A DNA stretch of 64,000 bases from an uncultured Chloroflexia bacterium (GCA_963749705.1 CAVVNQ010000016.1:32238-96237); one strand, 5' to 3'. Positions 19,372 to 30,033 are shown, numbered from the stretch's first letter. Numbers and translations are program-made. Notes: a model not told the origin generated them from the sequence alone.

Positions 19372-19659
19372 TCAGGCGATGACATCGTACCCCTGCACCA
19401 CCATGCCCCTGTGGAGCGCCTGGAGCGCCGGCTGGAGCGCCTGGTGGACCGTCGATGTCCGCCATCCAGCGGCGCTGCCGGCGTCGCTGAACCGGAACGC
19501 CAGCTGGTAGCGGGTCCGGTCGTCCGCCTCGCGCAGCAGGTCGAGCCGCACGAAGCCCGGCGACCTCGCCATCGCCGGCCCGTACTCGTCGGTCATGAAC
19601 CGCTCGAACGCGTCGGCGTTTGCCGGGTCCACGGTGAAGGTCAGGTGTCGCTCGATCAT
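19372..19659 (-). CDS. antibiotic biosynthesis monooxygenase (ABM) family protein
   Basis: 95 aa; AFER..PGFVRLDLL..W..S..H pattern. Confidence 0.75.
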   Translation of the reverse strand: MIERHLTFTVDPANADAFERFMTDEYGPAMARSPGFVRLDLLREADDRTRYQLAFRFSDAGSAAGWRTSTVHQALQPALQALHRGMVVQGYDVIA

Positions 19660-19723
19660 GCCGGGGCCTCCGCTGCCGGTCCCCTCGAGGGACCGTTCCG
19701 TGGCGTGCTGTCTTCGGTGGGGT

Positions 19724-19767
19724 AATTGGTCTTACCAGTTGACCACTATACCAGTCGTCCATACACT
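19724..19767 (+). promoter_or_regulatory. FadR-type operator AATTGGTCTTACCAGTT overlapping sigma70 promoter TTGACC-N17-TACACT
   Basis: Matches the TGGT-N3-ACCA FadR/PdhR/LldR consensus; AT-rich patch between divergent genes. Confidence 0.75.
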
Positions 19768-19802
19768 GGCCCGTGACGTCCCGTTGGAGGAGCACCTGCG
19801 CG

Positions 19803-20618
19803 GTGGAACGAGAGCTCAAGCGCGATGCGCCGGCGGCAGCCGGGGCCGGAGCCGACGCCAGGGACCGGTACACGGTGATCGCGCGCAGCACGCTGCCCGA
19901 GGAGGTCGCCAATCGCCTGCTGGCCCTGATCCGGGCGCAGGAGCTGCGCCCCGGCGCCAAGCTGCCCGCCGAGCGCAACCTCGCGCAGATGATGGACGTC
20001 AGCCGCCCCGTCGTCCGCGAGGCGCTGCGCGCGCTGGCGCTGATGCGCGTCGTCGACATCCGTCCGGGAGACGGGACGTACATCACCTCGCTCGAGCCGC
20101 AGCAGCTGATCGCGCACCTCGACTTCGTGTTCCCCAGTGACAGCGTGGCCCTCGAGCAGCTGCTCGAGGCGCGCCGGGTCGTCGAGGCCGGCAACGCCCG
20201 GCTCGCCGCGACGCGGGTGACCGGCACGGCGCTGACCGGGATCGAGGCCCTCGTCGCCTCGCTGGCGGCCGCGATCGACGAGCCGGACCAATTCAGCGAG
20301 CTGGACCTCGCGCTCCACAGCGCCGTGTGCTCGGCCGCGGGCAACTTCCTGCTGTCGCAGTTCATGAGCATCGTCAACGCGCTGGGAAAGGTGAGCCGCG
20401 AGCGTACCGGCGGCCTGCGCCGGGTTCGCGAGGCCGCGCTCGACGACCACCGGCGCATCCTCGCGGCGCTCCAGTCGCACGATCCGGACGCCGCGGCACG
20501 GGCCATGCTCGCGCACCTCGATCATGTCGAGCAGGGGCTCCGAGCGGAGGCCGGGTCGTCCGGCACGCAGGCCGCCGCGGCCGGCGCTTCGTCGATCGGC
20601 GCCGGGACGCCGGCATGA
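19803..20618 (+). CDS. FadR/GntR family transcriptional regulator
   Basis: KLPAERNLAQMMDVSRPVVREAL wHTH plus FCD domain; GGAGG RBS before GTG 19803. Confidence 0.92.
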   Translation: MERELKRDAPAAAGAGADARDRYTVIARSTLPEEVANRLLALIRAQELRPGAKLPAERNLAQMMDVSRPVVREALRALALMRVVDIRPGDGTYITSLEPQQLIAHLDFVFPSDSVALEQLLEARRVVEAGNARLAATRVTGTALTGIEALVASLAAAIDEPDQFSELDLALHSAVCSAAGNFLLSQFMSIVNALGKVSRERTGGLRRVREAALDDHRRILAALQSHDPDAAARAMLAHLDHVEQGLRAEAGSSGTQAAAAGASSIGAGTPA

Positions 20619-21115
20619 ACATCCACGGACACGAGACCATCGGCGCGGCCTGCGCGGATGTGTTCGCGGCGATCTGCGACCCGGACGTCCTGCTGCGCGT
20701 CATTCCCGGCTGTCGGGAGATCGCGCAGACGGGCGATGCGGAGTACCGGGGCTGGATCACGCTGCGCCTGCCGGGAGTGGTCGGGTCGTACGCCACCGTG
20801 GTCCGGCTGCTCGATGCCGAGGCGCCGGTCACCGGCCGGCTGGAGGGCGAGGTCGAAGGTGCGCTGGGGACCATCCGCGGCGAGGCGACGTTCCGGCTGT
20901 CCGACTCGGGACCGGGAACGACCATCGAGTACGACGGTCATGCCGTGATCGGCGGACCGCTGGCGCGGCTCGACTCGCGCTTCGTGGAGGGGATCGCGGG
21001 CTCGCTCGTCGCGCAGGGGCTGCGCAACCTGGACGCGAGCCTCCGGGACAAGGCAGGCACGCCAGGTGGCGCCGCGAGCAAGGCCGTGCGGCAACCCGAC
21101 GAGGTGCCGGCGTGA
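20615..21115 (+). CDS. CoxG/SRPBCC family protein
   Basis: DPDVLLRVIPGC..IGGPLARLDSR; ATGA overlap. Confidence 0.85.
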   Translation: MNIHGHETIGAACADVFAAICDPDVLLRVIPGCREIAQTGDAEYRGWITLRLPGVVGSYATVVRLLDAEAPVTGRLEGEVEGALGTIRGEATFRLSDSGPGTTIEYDGHAVIGGPLARLDSRFVEGIAGSLVAQGLRNLDASLRDKAGTPGGAASKAVRQPDEVPA

Positions 21116-21963
21116 CCGTCCGGAGCTACCTCCTCCCGCGCACGCTGCCGGAGGCGCTCGACCAGCTCGACCGCCACGGGCCGGAGCTGCTGGTCATCGC
21201 CGGCGGCACCGTCGCGATGCCGCTGATCAACGATGGCCTGTCGCTCCCCGAGACCGTGATGGGGCTCCGGCTCGCGGGCCTCGACGGGATCGAGGCGACG
21301 AGCGACGCCGTGCGGATCGGGGCGACCACGACGCTGACCCGGCTCCTTGACCTGTCCGACGTCCCGATGCTCCAGGACGCCGCCCGCAGCACGGGGGCAT
21401 GGGCGGTTCGCAACATGGCAACCGTCGGCGGCAACCTGTTCACGCCACCGCCCGGCGGCGACGTCGCGGTCGCGCTGCTCGCCCTCGATGCGAGCGTGAC
21501 CCTGTCGAGCTCGCGCGGCGAACGGGTGCTCCCGCTGGCGGACCTGTTCACCGGGTTCATGACCACCGCGCTCGCGGCGGACGAGCTCCTGGTCGCCATC
21601 GACGTGCCGCGCCCCCGCGGCCGGACGGCGTACATCAAGCTCGGTCGCCGGCTGGCGAACACGCCGGCCGTGGTGACGGTCGCGGTCCACGCCATTTGGG
21701 ACGACGGACGGATCACCGGGGCACGGATCGCCCTGGGCGCCGTCGGGCCGCACCCGCTCCGGGCCGTTGCGGCCGAGCGCCTGCTGGCGGGAACGCACCT
21801 GGAGCCGGACGCGATCACGGCCGCGGCGACCGCGGCTGCCGAGGGCTGCGAGCCGTTCACGGATGGCATCGCCACGGCCTGGTACCGGCGCCGGATGACC
21901 GCGCACGTCGTCACCCGGGCGCTGGAACAGCTGGCGCGGGACGCGCCGAGGGAGGGTCGCTGA
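21112..21963 (+). CDS. xanthine dehydrogenase family FAD-binding subunit
   Basis: IAGGT, VRNMATVGGNL, RIALGAVGP. Confidence 0.92.
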   Translation: MTVRSYLLPRTLPEALDQLDRHGPELLVIAGGTVAMPLINDGLSLPETVMGLRLAGLDGIEATSDAVRIGATTTLTRLLDLSDVPMLQDAARSTGAWAVRNMATVGGNLFTPPPGGDVAVALLALDASVTLSSSRGERVLPLADLFTGFMTTALAADELLVAIDVPRPRGRTAYIKLGRRLANTPAVVTVAVHAIWDDGRITGARIALGAVGPHPLRAVAAERLLAGTHLEPDAITAAATAAAEGCEPFTDGIATAWYRRRMTAHVVTRALEQLARDAPREGR

Positions 21964-21964
21964 C

Positions 21965-22477
21965 GTGCCGTCCACCATCGTCACCTTCGAGCTCGGTGGC
22001 CGCGAGGTCGAGGTCCTGGTCGCTCCGCTGACCACCCTCCAGTCGGTCCTGCGCAACCAGCTCGGGATGACCGCGACCAAGGACGGCTGCCGGCAGGGGG
22101 GCTGTGGCAGCTGCACGGTGCTCGTCGACGGCGAGCCGATGCTGTCATGCCTGCTGCCGGTCGAGGACATCGCCGGCCGGCGGGTGACGACGGTCGAGAC
22201 GATCACCCCGGCCGAGGGGCTGCACCCGATCCAACGGGCGTTCATCGACGCGGGCGCGTTCCAGTGCGGCTACTGCACGCCGGGCATGGTGATGACCGCC
22301 AAGGCGCTGCTCGACCACGATCCGGAACCGGCACGAGCGGACATCGAGCGCGCCATGTCCGGGAACGTCTGTCGATGCACCGGGTACCGCCCGATCGTGG
22401 AGGCCGTGGAGACGGCGGCGAGCGCAATCCAGAACGGCGCCATCGGTGGCGGCGCGGGCGAGGCGGCGGTCCGATGA
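21965..22477 (+). CDS. xanthine dehydrogenase family 2Fe-2S subunit
   Basis: GCRQGGCGSC, QCGYCTPG, CRCTGY. Confidence 0.95.
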   Translation: MPSTIVTFELGGREVEVLVAPLTTLQSVLRNQLGMTATKDGCRQGGCGSCTVLVDGEPMLSCLLPVEDIAGRRVTTVETITPAEGLHPIQRAFIDAGAFQCGYCTPGMVMTAKALLDHDPEPARADIERAMSGNVCRCTGYRPIVEAVETAASAIQNGAIGGGAGEAAVR

Positions 22478-23820
22478 CCGACCTCAACGTCGTCGGCCGC
22501 TCGGTCGCGCGGAGCGACGGGATCGGCCACGTCACGGGCCGGACGCAGTACTTCGGGGATCACTCGTTCCCCGGCATGCTCCACCTCAAGATGGTCCGCA
22601 GCCCGCTCCACCACGCGCGGCTCCGGGGCATCGACCTCAGCGAGGCGGAGCGGGTGCCCGGGTTCGTCCGCGCCCTGACCGCAGCGGACGTGCCGCACAA
22701 CCGGTACACGATCCTGGGGCTGATCGGCGTCGAGCCCGAGGAGGAGTTCGTCCTCGCCGAGGACCGGGTGCGGTTCAAGGGCGAGGCGATCGCCGCGATC
22801 GTCGCCGAGACCGAAGCCGCGGCGCACGAGGCCGTGGCGAGGGTCCGCCTCGACCTCGAGGAGCTGCCCGCGGTGTTCGACGTCGAGGAGGCGCTCAAGC
22901 CCGGCGCGCCGATCGTGACCCACTGGGGCAACAACACGTTCATGTACGAGGGTCACCCGTGCCGCCGGGTGCGCCTGGGCGACGTCGACGCCGCCTTCGA
23001 GCAGGCCGACCACATCGTCGAGGGCGTGTACAACACCAGCCCGATCGAGCACGCGCCGCTCGAGACGACCGGCTGCATCGCGGTCCCCGACGGCAACGGG
23101 CGGTTCACCGTCCACACCAACACCCAGGCGATCTACTTCAGCCTCGACAACACCTCGATCATCCTCCAGGTTCCGGGCAACCAGCTGCGGTTCGTGGGCG
23201 GCACGGTCGGCGGCGGGTTCGGCGGCAAGGTCGACGTCATCGTCGAGCCCATCGCCACGCTGGCCGCGATGAGGACCGGCCGGCCCGTCCGGTTCGCGTA
23301 CAGCCGGTCCGAGGAGATGCAGGTGTCGTCCACGCGCAGCCCGTGGCGGATCTACGTCAGGGACGGCGTGATGCGCGACGGCCGGATCATCGCGCGCAAG
23401 GTCACGAGCTACGCGGATTCGGGCGCCTACAGCCGCCAGACGCCGTACGCGATCACCAAGCACGCCGCCAACGCCGCGGGTCCGTACGCGATCCCGAACG
23501 TCTCGATCGACGCCTACTGCGTGTTCACCAACCGCCAGCCGACCAGCGCCATGCGCGGCTTCGGCGTCACGATGGCCTCGTTCGCGATCGAGGTCCAGAT
23601 GGACAAGATCGCGGAGCGGGTCGGCCTCGATCCGTGGACGGTCCGGTTCATCAACGCCTACCACGAGGGCGACATCAAGCCGCACCGCAAGGCCGCCGAG
23701 GACGTGACCCTGATCGAGACGATGCAGGCGGCGGCCGCGCTGGTCGGGCACGAGCTGCCGGAGGAGCTGCGGGCGATGACCTCGGCGGCGCGCGACGCGA
23801 CGGACGGGGGAGGCCGCTGA
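22474..23820 (+). CDS. molybdopterin-binding subunit, N-terminal half (NdhL-like)
   Basis: RSPLHHA, HAPLE, GGGFGGK, AMRGFG. Confidence 0.92.
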   Translation: MTDLNVVGRSVARSDGIGHVTGRTQYFGDHSFPGMLHLKMVRSPLHHARLRGIDLSEAERVPGFVRALTAADVPHNRYTILGLIGVEPEEEFVLAEDRVRFKGEAIAAIVAETEAAAHEAVARVRLDLEELPAVFDVEEALKPGAPIVTHWGNNTFMYEGHPCRRVRLGDVDAAFEQADHIVEGVYNTSPIEHAPLETTGCIAVPDGNGRFTVHTNTQAIYFSLDNTSIILQVPGNQLRFVGGTVGGGFGGKVDVIVEPIATLAAMRTGRPVRFAYSRSEEMQVSSTRSPWRIYVRDGVMRDGRIIARKVTSYADSGAYSRQTPYAITKHAANAAGPYAIPNVSIDAYCVFTNRQPTSAMRGFGVTMASFAIEVQMDKIAERVGLDPWTVRFINAYHEGDIKPHRKAAEDVTLIETMQAAAALVGHELPEELRAMTSAARDATDGGGR

Positions 23821-24830
23821 TGGCAAAGCTCCGCGGCACCGGAATGGCCGCCGTCAACTACCCGACCGGGATGAACCTCGGCGGTGACCCGTCGCAGGCG
23901 CTGATCCACGCCACGACCAGCGGCTCGTTCGTGGTGTCCCTGTCGGCCACCGACCTGGGCCAGGGGCTGCGCACGGTGATCTCGCAGATCGCGGCGGAGG
24001 CGCTGGGCGTCGAGCTCGACCAGATCGTGATCGACACCGCGGACACGGACACCGGGCCCCATGACATGGGCACGTTCGCCAGCCGCGCGACCCACCGGGT
24101 GGGCAACGCGGTGATCGCGGCCGCGATCGAGGCCCGGCGGTCGCTGCTCGAGGTGGCCGCCGAGGAGCTCGAGGCGGCGGTCGACGACCTGGAGATCGAC
24201 GGCCACGGCAACGTGATGGTCCGCGGCGCCCCCGCCCGGGCGGTCAAGGTCGCCGACATCGCGTCGCTCGCCCAGTTCAAGTACGGCCGCACGATCGCCG
24301 GCCGCGGCAGCTACATGAAGGCGAAGAGCCCCGTGGATCCCGAGACCGGCGCGATGGACCCCGACTCGACCGAGGCGCACGCGTGCACCGTGGCCGAGGT
24401 CGAGGTGGACACGGACACCGGGATGGTCACGGTGCTCAGCATCCGGAGCGCCTACGAGGTCGGCCGGCAGGTCAACCCCGCGCTCGTCCAGGCGCAGATC
24501 ACGGGCGGTGCGTGGATGGGCATGTCGCATGCCCTGTTCGAGACGACCCAGCCGTACTACCCGAGCCCCGAGCATGCGGCGCGCGACTTCAGCACGTACC
24601 TGATGCCGGGCGCGATGGAGGTGCCCGAGATCGAGTCCGTCGTGCTCGAGATGCCGTCCTCGAACGGACCCTACGGGGTCAAGGGGATCGGCGAGATGAC
24701 GGCGAACTCGCCGATCCCGGCCATCGTCAACGCGATCTATCACGCCACCGGGGTCAGGATCGACGAGCTGCCCGTCACGCCCGAGAAGATCCTGCGCGGC
24801 CTCGAGGCCAGGGAGCAGGCTGCGTCCTGA
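23820..24830 (+). CDS. molybdopterin-binding subunit, C-terminal half (NdhM-like)
   Basis: Own GGGAGG RBS and TGATG overlap; DLGQG, FASRAT, GVKGIGE (catalytic Glu). Confidence 0.92.
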   Translation: MAKLRGTGMAAVNYPTGMNLGGDPSQALIHATTSGSFVVSLSATDLGQGLRTVISQIAAEALGVELDQIVIDTADTDTGPHDMGTFASRATHRVGNAVIAAAIEARRSLLEVAAEELEAAVDDLEIDGHGNVMVRGAPARAVKVADIASLAQFKYGRTIAGRGSYMKAKSPVDPETGAMDPDSTEAHACTVAEVEVDTDTGMVTVLSIRSAYEVGRQVNPALVQAQITGGAWMGMSHALFETTQPYYPSPEHAARDFSTYLMPGAMEVPEIESVVLEMPSSNGPYGVKGIGEMTANSPIPAIVNAIYHATGVRIDELPVTPEKILRGLEAREQAAS

Positions 24831-24856
24831 GCCGGGCGCCGAAGCATGGAGACGCG

Positions 24857-25252
24857 ATGAGCCAGATCACGACATGGGACGAGTTCCCGACGGTCGAGTA
24901 CATCCCCGGCGTCTACCGCCAGGCCGTGTCGGGCGAGAAGACCATGCTCACCCGGATCGTGTACCGGGGCGGTGTCGTGATCCCCGACCATCACCACGAG
25001 GCCGAGCAGATCATGCTCGTCGAGCGGGGCCGGCTGTGGGCGAGGGTCGGCGACGAGGAGTCCGAGGTCGGCCCGGGATCGCTGCTGATCATCCCGTCCA
25101 ACTGGAACCACGCGTTCCGCCAGCTGGGCGACGAGGACGTGGTGTTCTACGAGAGCTTCGCGCCGATCCGGCTCGAGTACCTGGTCGGGTTCAAGGGCCC
25201 GGATCCCTCGCTGGCGATGATGCGCGAGTCGCTCGACGCCGGGCAGGGATAG
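24857..25252 (+). CDS. cupin domain protein
   Basis: PDHHHEAEQ..G..IIPSNWNH cupin motifs. Confidence 0.88.
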   Translation: MSQITTWDEFPTVEYIPGVYRQAVSGEKTMLTRIVYRGGVVIPDHHHEAEQIMLVERGRLWARVGDEESEVGPGSLLIIPSNWNHAFRQLGDEDVVFYESFAPIRLEYLVGFKGPDPSLAMMRESLDAGQG

Positions 25253-25273
25253 CGGAGGGCGCCCGCCGCGGCA

Positions 25274-25867
25274 TCAGCCCGACGCGACCCGGAACGTCCA
25301 GGACGTCGTCGCCAGCCGGTTGCCCGCCGCGTCCGTGATCCCGGACAGGATCTGGACGCGGTACTGGGTGCCGGGATACATGTTCAGCCTCGGATCGAGC
25401 GTTGCCGTCCTCGTGCTCGCGTTGTATCGCACGGTCGAACGGACGACCCAGCCACCCGCGACGTTGACCAGCTTGATCGTGCTGCCCGACACGCCTCTGA
25501 CCGGCTCCGAGAAGCGGATCCGGATGGTCGTGCCGCCGGCGACCGAGGTGGCATTCGCGCCGGGCGAGCGGCTCGCGATCCTGGGCCGGGAGGTGTCCCT
25601 GGTCGGCTTCGGGGTTGGCGTCGGCGTCGGTTTCGATGTCGCGGGGGTCGACGGGTTCGTGGAGGGCGTCGCGGATGCCCGCGGCGCGGCGCTCCCCGCA
25701 GCCGAGCTCGCGGCGAACAGCGCACGACTGTCGATCAGCGGCGCCCCGGACATGAGCGCCAGGGCGGCCGGAACCAGGATCCCGATCGCGAGCCCGACGA
25801 TCGCCATCCTGATCACACTTGCCCTGTCTTCGAAGATGAGCCCTGCTCCTCTCGACCGGACCCGCAT
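25274..25867 (-). CDS. membrane-anchored bacterial Ig-like (Big_5) domain protein
   Basis: TM, P/T linker, SPGANATSV..IRFSEPV..ITDAAGNRL..SWTF; start uncertain. Confidence 0.75.
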   Translation of the reverse strand: MRVRSRGAGLIFEDRASVIRMAIVGLAIGILVPAALALMSGAPLIDSRALFAASSAAGSAAPRASATPSTNPSTPATSKPTPTPTPKPTRDTSRPRIASRSPGANATSVAGGTTIRIRFSEPVRGVSGSTIKLVNVAGGWVVRSTVRYNASTRTATLDPRLNMYPGTQYRVQILSGITDAAGNRLATTSWTFRVASG

Positions 25868-25900
25868 CGGTGCACCCGGGCACCGTGCCTCGCGCCGAGT

Positions 25901-27433
25901 CTAGCGTGGGCTCACCGGGGCGGAGCGACTCAGCCCACGCTCGGCCGGCGCGAGCCGCGTCGATACAGGTCGCGGCCATTCGCATCGCGCGCTCGCACCC
26001 GGCACCAGCGCGGCATGGGCGGCGAGCCACGCGCGCGTCCGGGGCGCGTCCTCGCCGGCAGCGGCAAGGGTCTGCGCGAGGTGCCCGAGGTCGGCGACCC
26101 TGTCGATGTCCGGCCAGGGCTCGAGCAGGTGCGCCGGGCGGCCGGCTTCGGCGAGCGCGCGGGCCGTGGTCGCCAGCGCGGTCTCGCCGCCGAGACGCGC
26201 CGTCTCGAACACCGGTGCGAGCCCGGCGGCCGCCGCGCGACGCCCCCGCCACGGCCGGAACCGCGAGCCGCCCCACGCCGATGGCAGGAGTCGTACCCCG
26301 ACCAGGTGGTAGCCGCCGTCGAGGCTCGGCCCGAGCACCGAGGCATGCCGCAGGAGCGCATCGAGCGCGGCCAGGAGCAGGCCCGCGGGGAGCGTCGGGT
26401 TGTCGCCGCTGACCGCGATCGCCCGGTCCGCCCCGACACGTTCGGCCTCGACGAACGTGTCGGTGATCGCGCCGCCAAGGCCGGATCGCCGCTGGACGAT
26501 CGTCGACCAGCCCGGGCCGAGCAGCGCGGCGACGGGTCCCGCGTCGGCAGCTGCGGGCACGACGGCGATCGTGTCGGCGACACCCCGAGCGGCGCCGCGG
26601 ATCGACGGCCCGAGGTCGGCCAGGCACGCGGCCCACAGCCCGAGCGCTGCCTCCTGGCCGATGTCGGCGGCCAGCCGCGTCTTGGCGTGGCCCGCCCGGG
26701 GCGCCTTGGCCATCAGCGCGATGACGGGCCGGCGCCGCGTCTCGGCCAGCGCGCAGCCGATCATCCGCCGGCCGGCGGCGTACGAGGCCCGGATCGACCC
26801 CGAGACCTTGCTCCGACCGCCGCGCCGTCGGCGGAACCGCACCGGCGTCTCGGTGACCCGCAGGCCCGGCGCGCGCAGGGCGCGGGCGACGAGCTGGACG
26901 GTCCAGCCGAACCCGGCATCGTCGAGGTCGAGGACCGCCAGCGCCTCGCGGCGGATGACCTTGAACGGCGGCAGGTCGCGGACGCGCCCGCCCGTCCGAT
27001 GGCGCAGCAGGGCGGCGACCAGCGTGTTGCCGAGGCGCGCGTGCCACGGCAGGGCGCCCGCCTCGATCGTTCGCGAGGTGCGGGCCCCGAGCACGAGGTC
27101 GGCATCGTCCAGGGCGGCGAGGAGCGCCGGGAGGTCAGCCGGATCGCACGAGCCGTCGCCGTCGAGGAACGCCACGATCGGGTGGTCGACGACGGCCGCG
27201 TCCGCCCCGGTGAGGCAGGCCCGGCCGTAGCCGCGGCGAGGCTCGACGATGACGGTGCCGCCGGCGTCTCGGGCCACGTCCGGGGTGCCGTCCTGCGACC
27301 CGCCATCGACCACGAACACGCAGCACGCACCGGCCGCCCGCAGGCCGGCGGTGAGCTCGCCGATCGCGGTCGCCTCGTCGATGACGGGAACGACCGCGCC
27401 AACGCGATGCGTGCGCGTCTCGGGCACGGTCAC
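25901..27433 (-). CDS. GT2 glycosyltransferase fused to DUF2064 (TIGR04282-like) domain
   Basis: VPVIDE..VVDGGSQDGT..RGYGRAC..FLDGDGS; then MAKAPRAGHAKTRL..DNPTL..LGPSLDGGYHLVG..DID. Confidence 0.88.
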   Translation of the reverse strand: MTVPETRTHRVGAVVPVIDEATAIGELTAGLRAAGACCVFVVDGGSQDGTPDVARDAGGTVIVEPRRGYGRACLTGADAAVVDHPIVAFLDGDGSCDPADLPALLAALDDADLVLGARTSRTIEAGALPWHARLGNTLVAALLRHRTGGRVRDLPPFKVIRREALAVLDLDDAGFGWTVQLVARALRAPGLRVTETPVRFRRRRGGRSKVSGSIRASYAAGRRMIGCALAETRRRPVIALMAKAPRAGHAKTRLAADIGQEAALGLWAACLADLGPSIRGAARGVADTIAVVPAAADAGPVAALLGPGWSTIVQRRSGLGGAITDTFVEAERVGADRAIAVSGDNPTLPAGLLLAALDALLRHASVLGPSLDGGYHLVGVRLLPSAWGGSRFRPWRGRRAAAAGLAPVFETARLGGETALATTARALAEAGRPAHLLEPWPDIDRVADLGHLAQTLAAAGEDAPRTRAWLAAHAALVPGASARCEWPRPVSTRLAPAERGLSRSAPVSPR

Positions 27434-29008
27434 GGCCCGGCTCCCGTCGTGGCGCCCGGCACAGGACCCCACAGCCGGAACCGGCCGTCATCGACGAGCA
27501 GCGGTCGGTCGGAGGCCTCGAGCGCCGCCACGAACGCGGGTCGGTCAGCCCAGTGGAAGAAGCCGGTGACGTACGGCCGGCGGTCGACCAGGACGTACGC
27601 CGCCGGATCGTCGTACGGCAGCAGCTCCAGCGAGGCTCGCGACGCGACGGCGGACGCGAGGCCCCAGTCGACCGAGAGCACGGCGTCGTCGGGGACCCTC
27701 GTCGTGACGGTCCGCAGCTCGTCCAGCGCGGCAGGGCGATCCCAGAACCCGTGCTCGTGGCTGCTGAACGGGGGCACCGCACCGGCCAGGAATGCGGCCG
27801 CGATGGCCGGCGCGCCGAACGCGACGAGCTGCCACGGCCGAGCCCGAGCCAGCAGCGGCTGAAGCGCTCGTCCGCTGACGCGCCCGCCGCCCCGTCCCGG
27901 CCAGCAACGCCAGCAGCCGCCGGCCGCCGAGCGCCGCCGCGACCACCGCGGGCACGATCAGGAGCAGGCCGTACTGCAGCAGGACATCGTGCTGCGGCCC
28001 CTGCGTGCTGAGCAGGTGGGCGACCAGCGGCGGCACGACCAGGAGCAGCCACCGCGGACGCAGCAGCCCGAGGCCGCCGAGCCCGGCGACCAGCCACGCC
28101 GCGACGATCCAGCCCGCCGGCCGGGTGAGCGCCGCAGCGACGGCGTCGGTCCGGGCGAACAGCGCATCGACGATCCCGAGCCCGCCGCCGAGCCACGCGT
28201 AGTAGACGTCGGTGTCGTAGGTCACGCCGGCCCGGAGGAACGGCTTGACCAGGCCGAACACGACGATCCCCCACGCAACCGCGACACCGACGAGCAGGAG
28301 ACCGTCGCGCCGGGGCCGGGCACGCAGCCGGCCGGGGGCCCGCGCCGCGACCAGCAACCCGATCACGGCCACGGGGAACACCTGGTCCTCCTTGGCCAGG
28401 AGCGCCAGCAGCGCGGCGGCGAACATGAGCGCCGTCCTGCGGGTGAGCCCGGCCCAGCCGGCGAGCAGGACGAGCGGCAGGGCGAGAGCCTCCGTGTGGA
28501 ACCCGGCGCGAACCTGCTGCTGCATGACCGGCCAGATCGGGAGCGGTGCGGCGAGGGAGATCGCCAGCCAGGCGGCCGCGCGGCTCCGGCCGAGGACAGC
28601 CCGGACGAGCAGGAACGCGGCCGGAGCGGCGGCACCCAGCGCGGCGGCCTGGAGGAGCGTCAGGAGCCGCGCGTCGGGCCAGGCGAGCTCGAGGAAGGCG
28701 GGCACGACGAGGAGCGGCGAGAAGTGGAGCCCCAGGAAGTCGCCGGGGTTGAAGCTCGAGTGGAACCCGTGGCCGTGGCCGATCGACCACACGAGCTGCT
28801 GGAAGTACGCCTGGTCGTATGCGTTCGTCGTGAGCGCTTCGGCGCGACGCCAGCCCAGCCATGCCATCCAGGCAGACCCGCCGATCCCCGCGACGACGGC
28901 CACGAGCAGCGGCAGCGACCCTGTCAGCGCAGCGGTCCGGCGGCGGGCGATCCCGGCCGGCCGTGCCACGGCCGACGTGGCGGCGGCGCGGATCCCGGCC
29001 GCCGTCAT
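27430..29008 (-). pseudogene. DUF2079 membrane protein (GT-C-like), frameshifted near 27895 (possible sequencing error)
   Basis: AYDQAYFQQ..LGLHFSP..FHTE..AKED; C-terminal part (RPWQLVAF..VPDDAVLS) continues in the shifted frame to the GTGA overlap at 27430. Confidence 0.8.
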
Positions 29009-30033
29009 CCGGCGTGGACGGGCTGCCGCGTCGAGCGCCGCTCGACGGCGGTCAGGTACGGCAGGCCGCCGGCCACGATCCGCGCCTGCGCCCCGGCGGC
29101 GGCCCGGGTGATCGCCTCGCCGGCGGAGAAGCGCGGCCGCCAGCCGAGCGCACGCAGCGCCCGCGTGTCGAACTCGACCCGCGCGGTGTCCCCGTGCCAG
29201 CCGCCACGCGAGCCGGTGTACCGCCGCTCGACCGCGCCGGGATCGAGGCCCATCGCCCCGATCACGAGGTCCGCCACCTCGTCCACCGTGACCACGCCGT
29301 CGTTGCCGACGTTGAACACCCCGAACGGGCGCTCGGCGGCCGACGCATCGGCGTGCAGGATCGCGCCCGCGACGTCCTCGACCGCGATGTACGGCTTGGC
29401 CTGGCGACCATCACCCAGGATCTCGAGGCGCGTCGGGTCGCGGAGCAGCTTGACCACGAAGTCGTGCACGACGCCGTGGTTGGACCACGGGCCGACGGTG
29501 TTGCCAAAGCGGAACGCGAGCGCCCGCCACCCGTACAGGTGTGCGAACCCGCTGAGGATCGCCTCGCCGGCGAGCTTGCCGGCGGCGTAATGCGACTGCG
29601 GCCGCATCGGACCGTGTCCTTCGGCCGTGGGCAGCTCGTCCGTCGGCCCATAGACCACACCGCTCGACGCGTACAGGATCCGGGCGACCCCGTTCCGCCG
29701 CATGGCCTCGGCGACGTTCCACGTCCCGAGGATGCAGCCGTCGAGGTCCAGCCGCGGGTCCGCGTGACCGCCGGCGATGTCCGTGTTGGCGGCGAGGTGG
29801 ATCACGAGGTCGACGCCGTCCATCACGTCGGTCAGCGCGGCGAGGTCCTCGATGCCGGCCTCGACCGGGCGAAGGCGACCCGCCCGTCGGTCGGCGATGA
29901 ACGGCGCATCCCAGTCCGCGACCGCCGTGGACAGGTCGTCGAACACGATGACCCGATCGCCGCGGGCGAGCAGCCGCTCGAGCAGCGTGTGGCCGATGAA
30001 GCCGGCGCCACCGGTCAACAGCACCGTGCTCAT
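29005..30033 (-). CDS. NAD-dependent epimerase/dehydratase
   Basis: TGGAGFIG, HLAA, YAAGK, RFGNTVGP. Confidence 0.93.
   Translation of the reverse strand: MSTVLLTGGAGFIGHTLLERLLARGDRVIVFDDLSTAVADWDAPFIADRRAGRLRPVEAGIEDLAALTDVMDGVDLVIHLAANTDIAGGHADPRLDLDGCILGTWNVAEAMRRNGVARILYASSGVVYGPTDELPTAEGHGPMRPQSHYAAGKLAGEAILSGFAHLYGWRALAFRFGNTVGPWSNHGVVHDFVVKLLRDPTRLEILGDGRQAKPYIAVEDVAGAILHADASAAERPFGVFNVGNDGVVTVDEVADLVIGAMGLDPGAVERRYTGSRGGWHGDTARVEFDTRALRALGWRPRFSAGEAITRAAAGAQARIVAGGLPYLTAVERRSTRQPVHAG

Noticed and set aside
23790-23830. Split Mo subunit as another frameshift
   Set aside because: The second half has its own RBS, a TGATG overlap and an NdhM-like N-terminus, so the split looks natural
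20615-24830. Aerobic CO dehydrogenase (coxMSL/G)
   Set aside because: The loop is AMRGFG, not AYRCSFR (form I) or AYRGAGR (form II), and the large subunit is split
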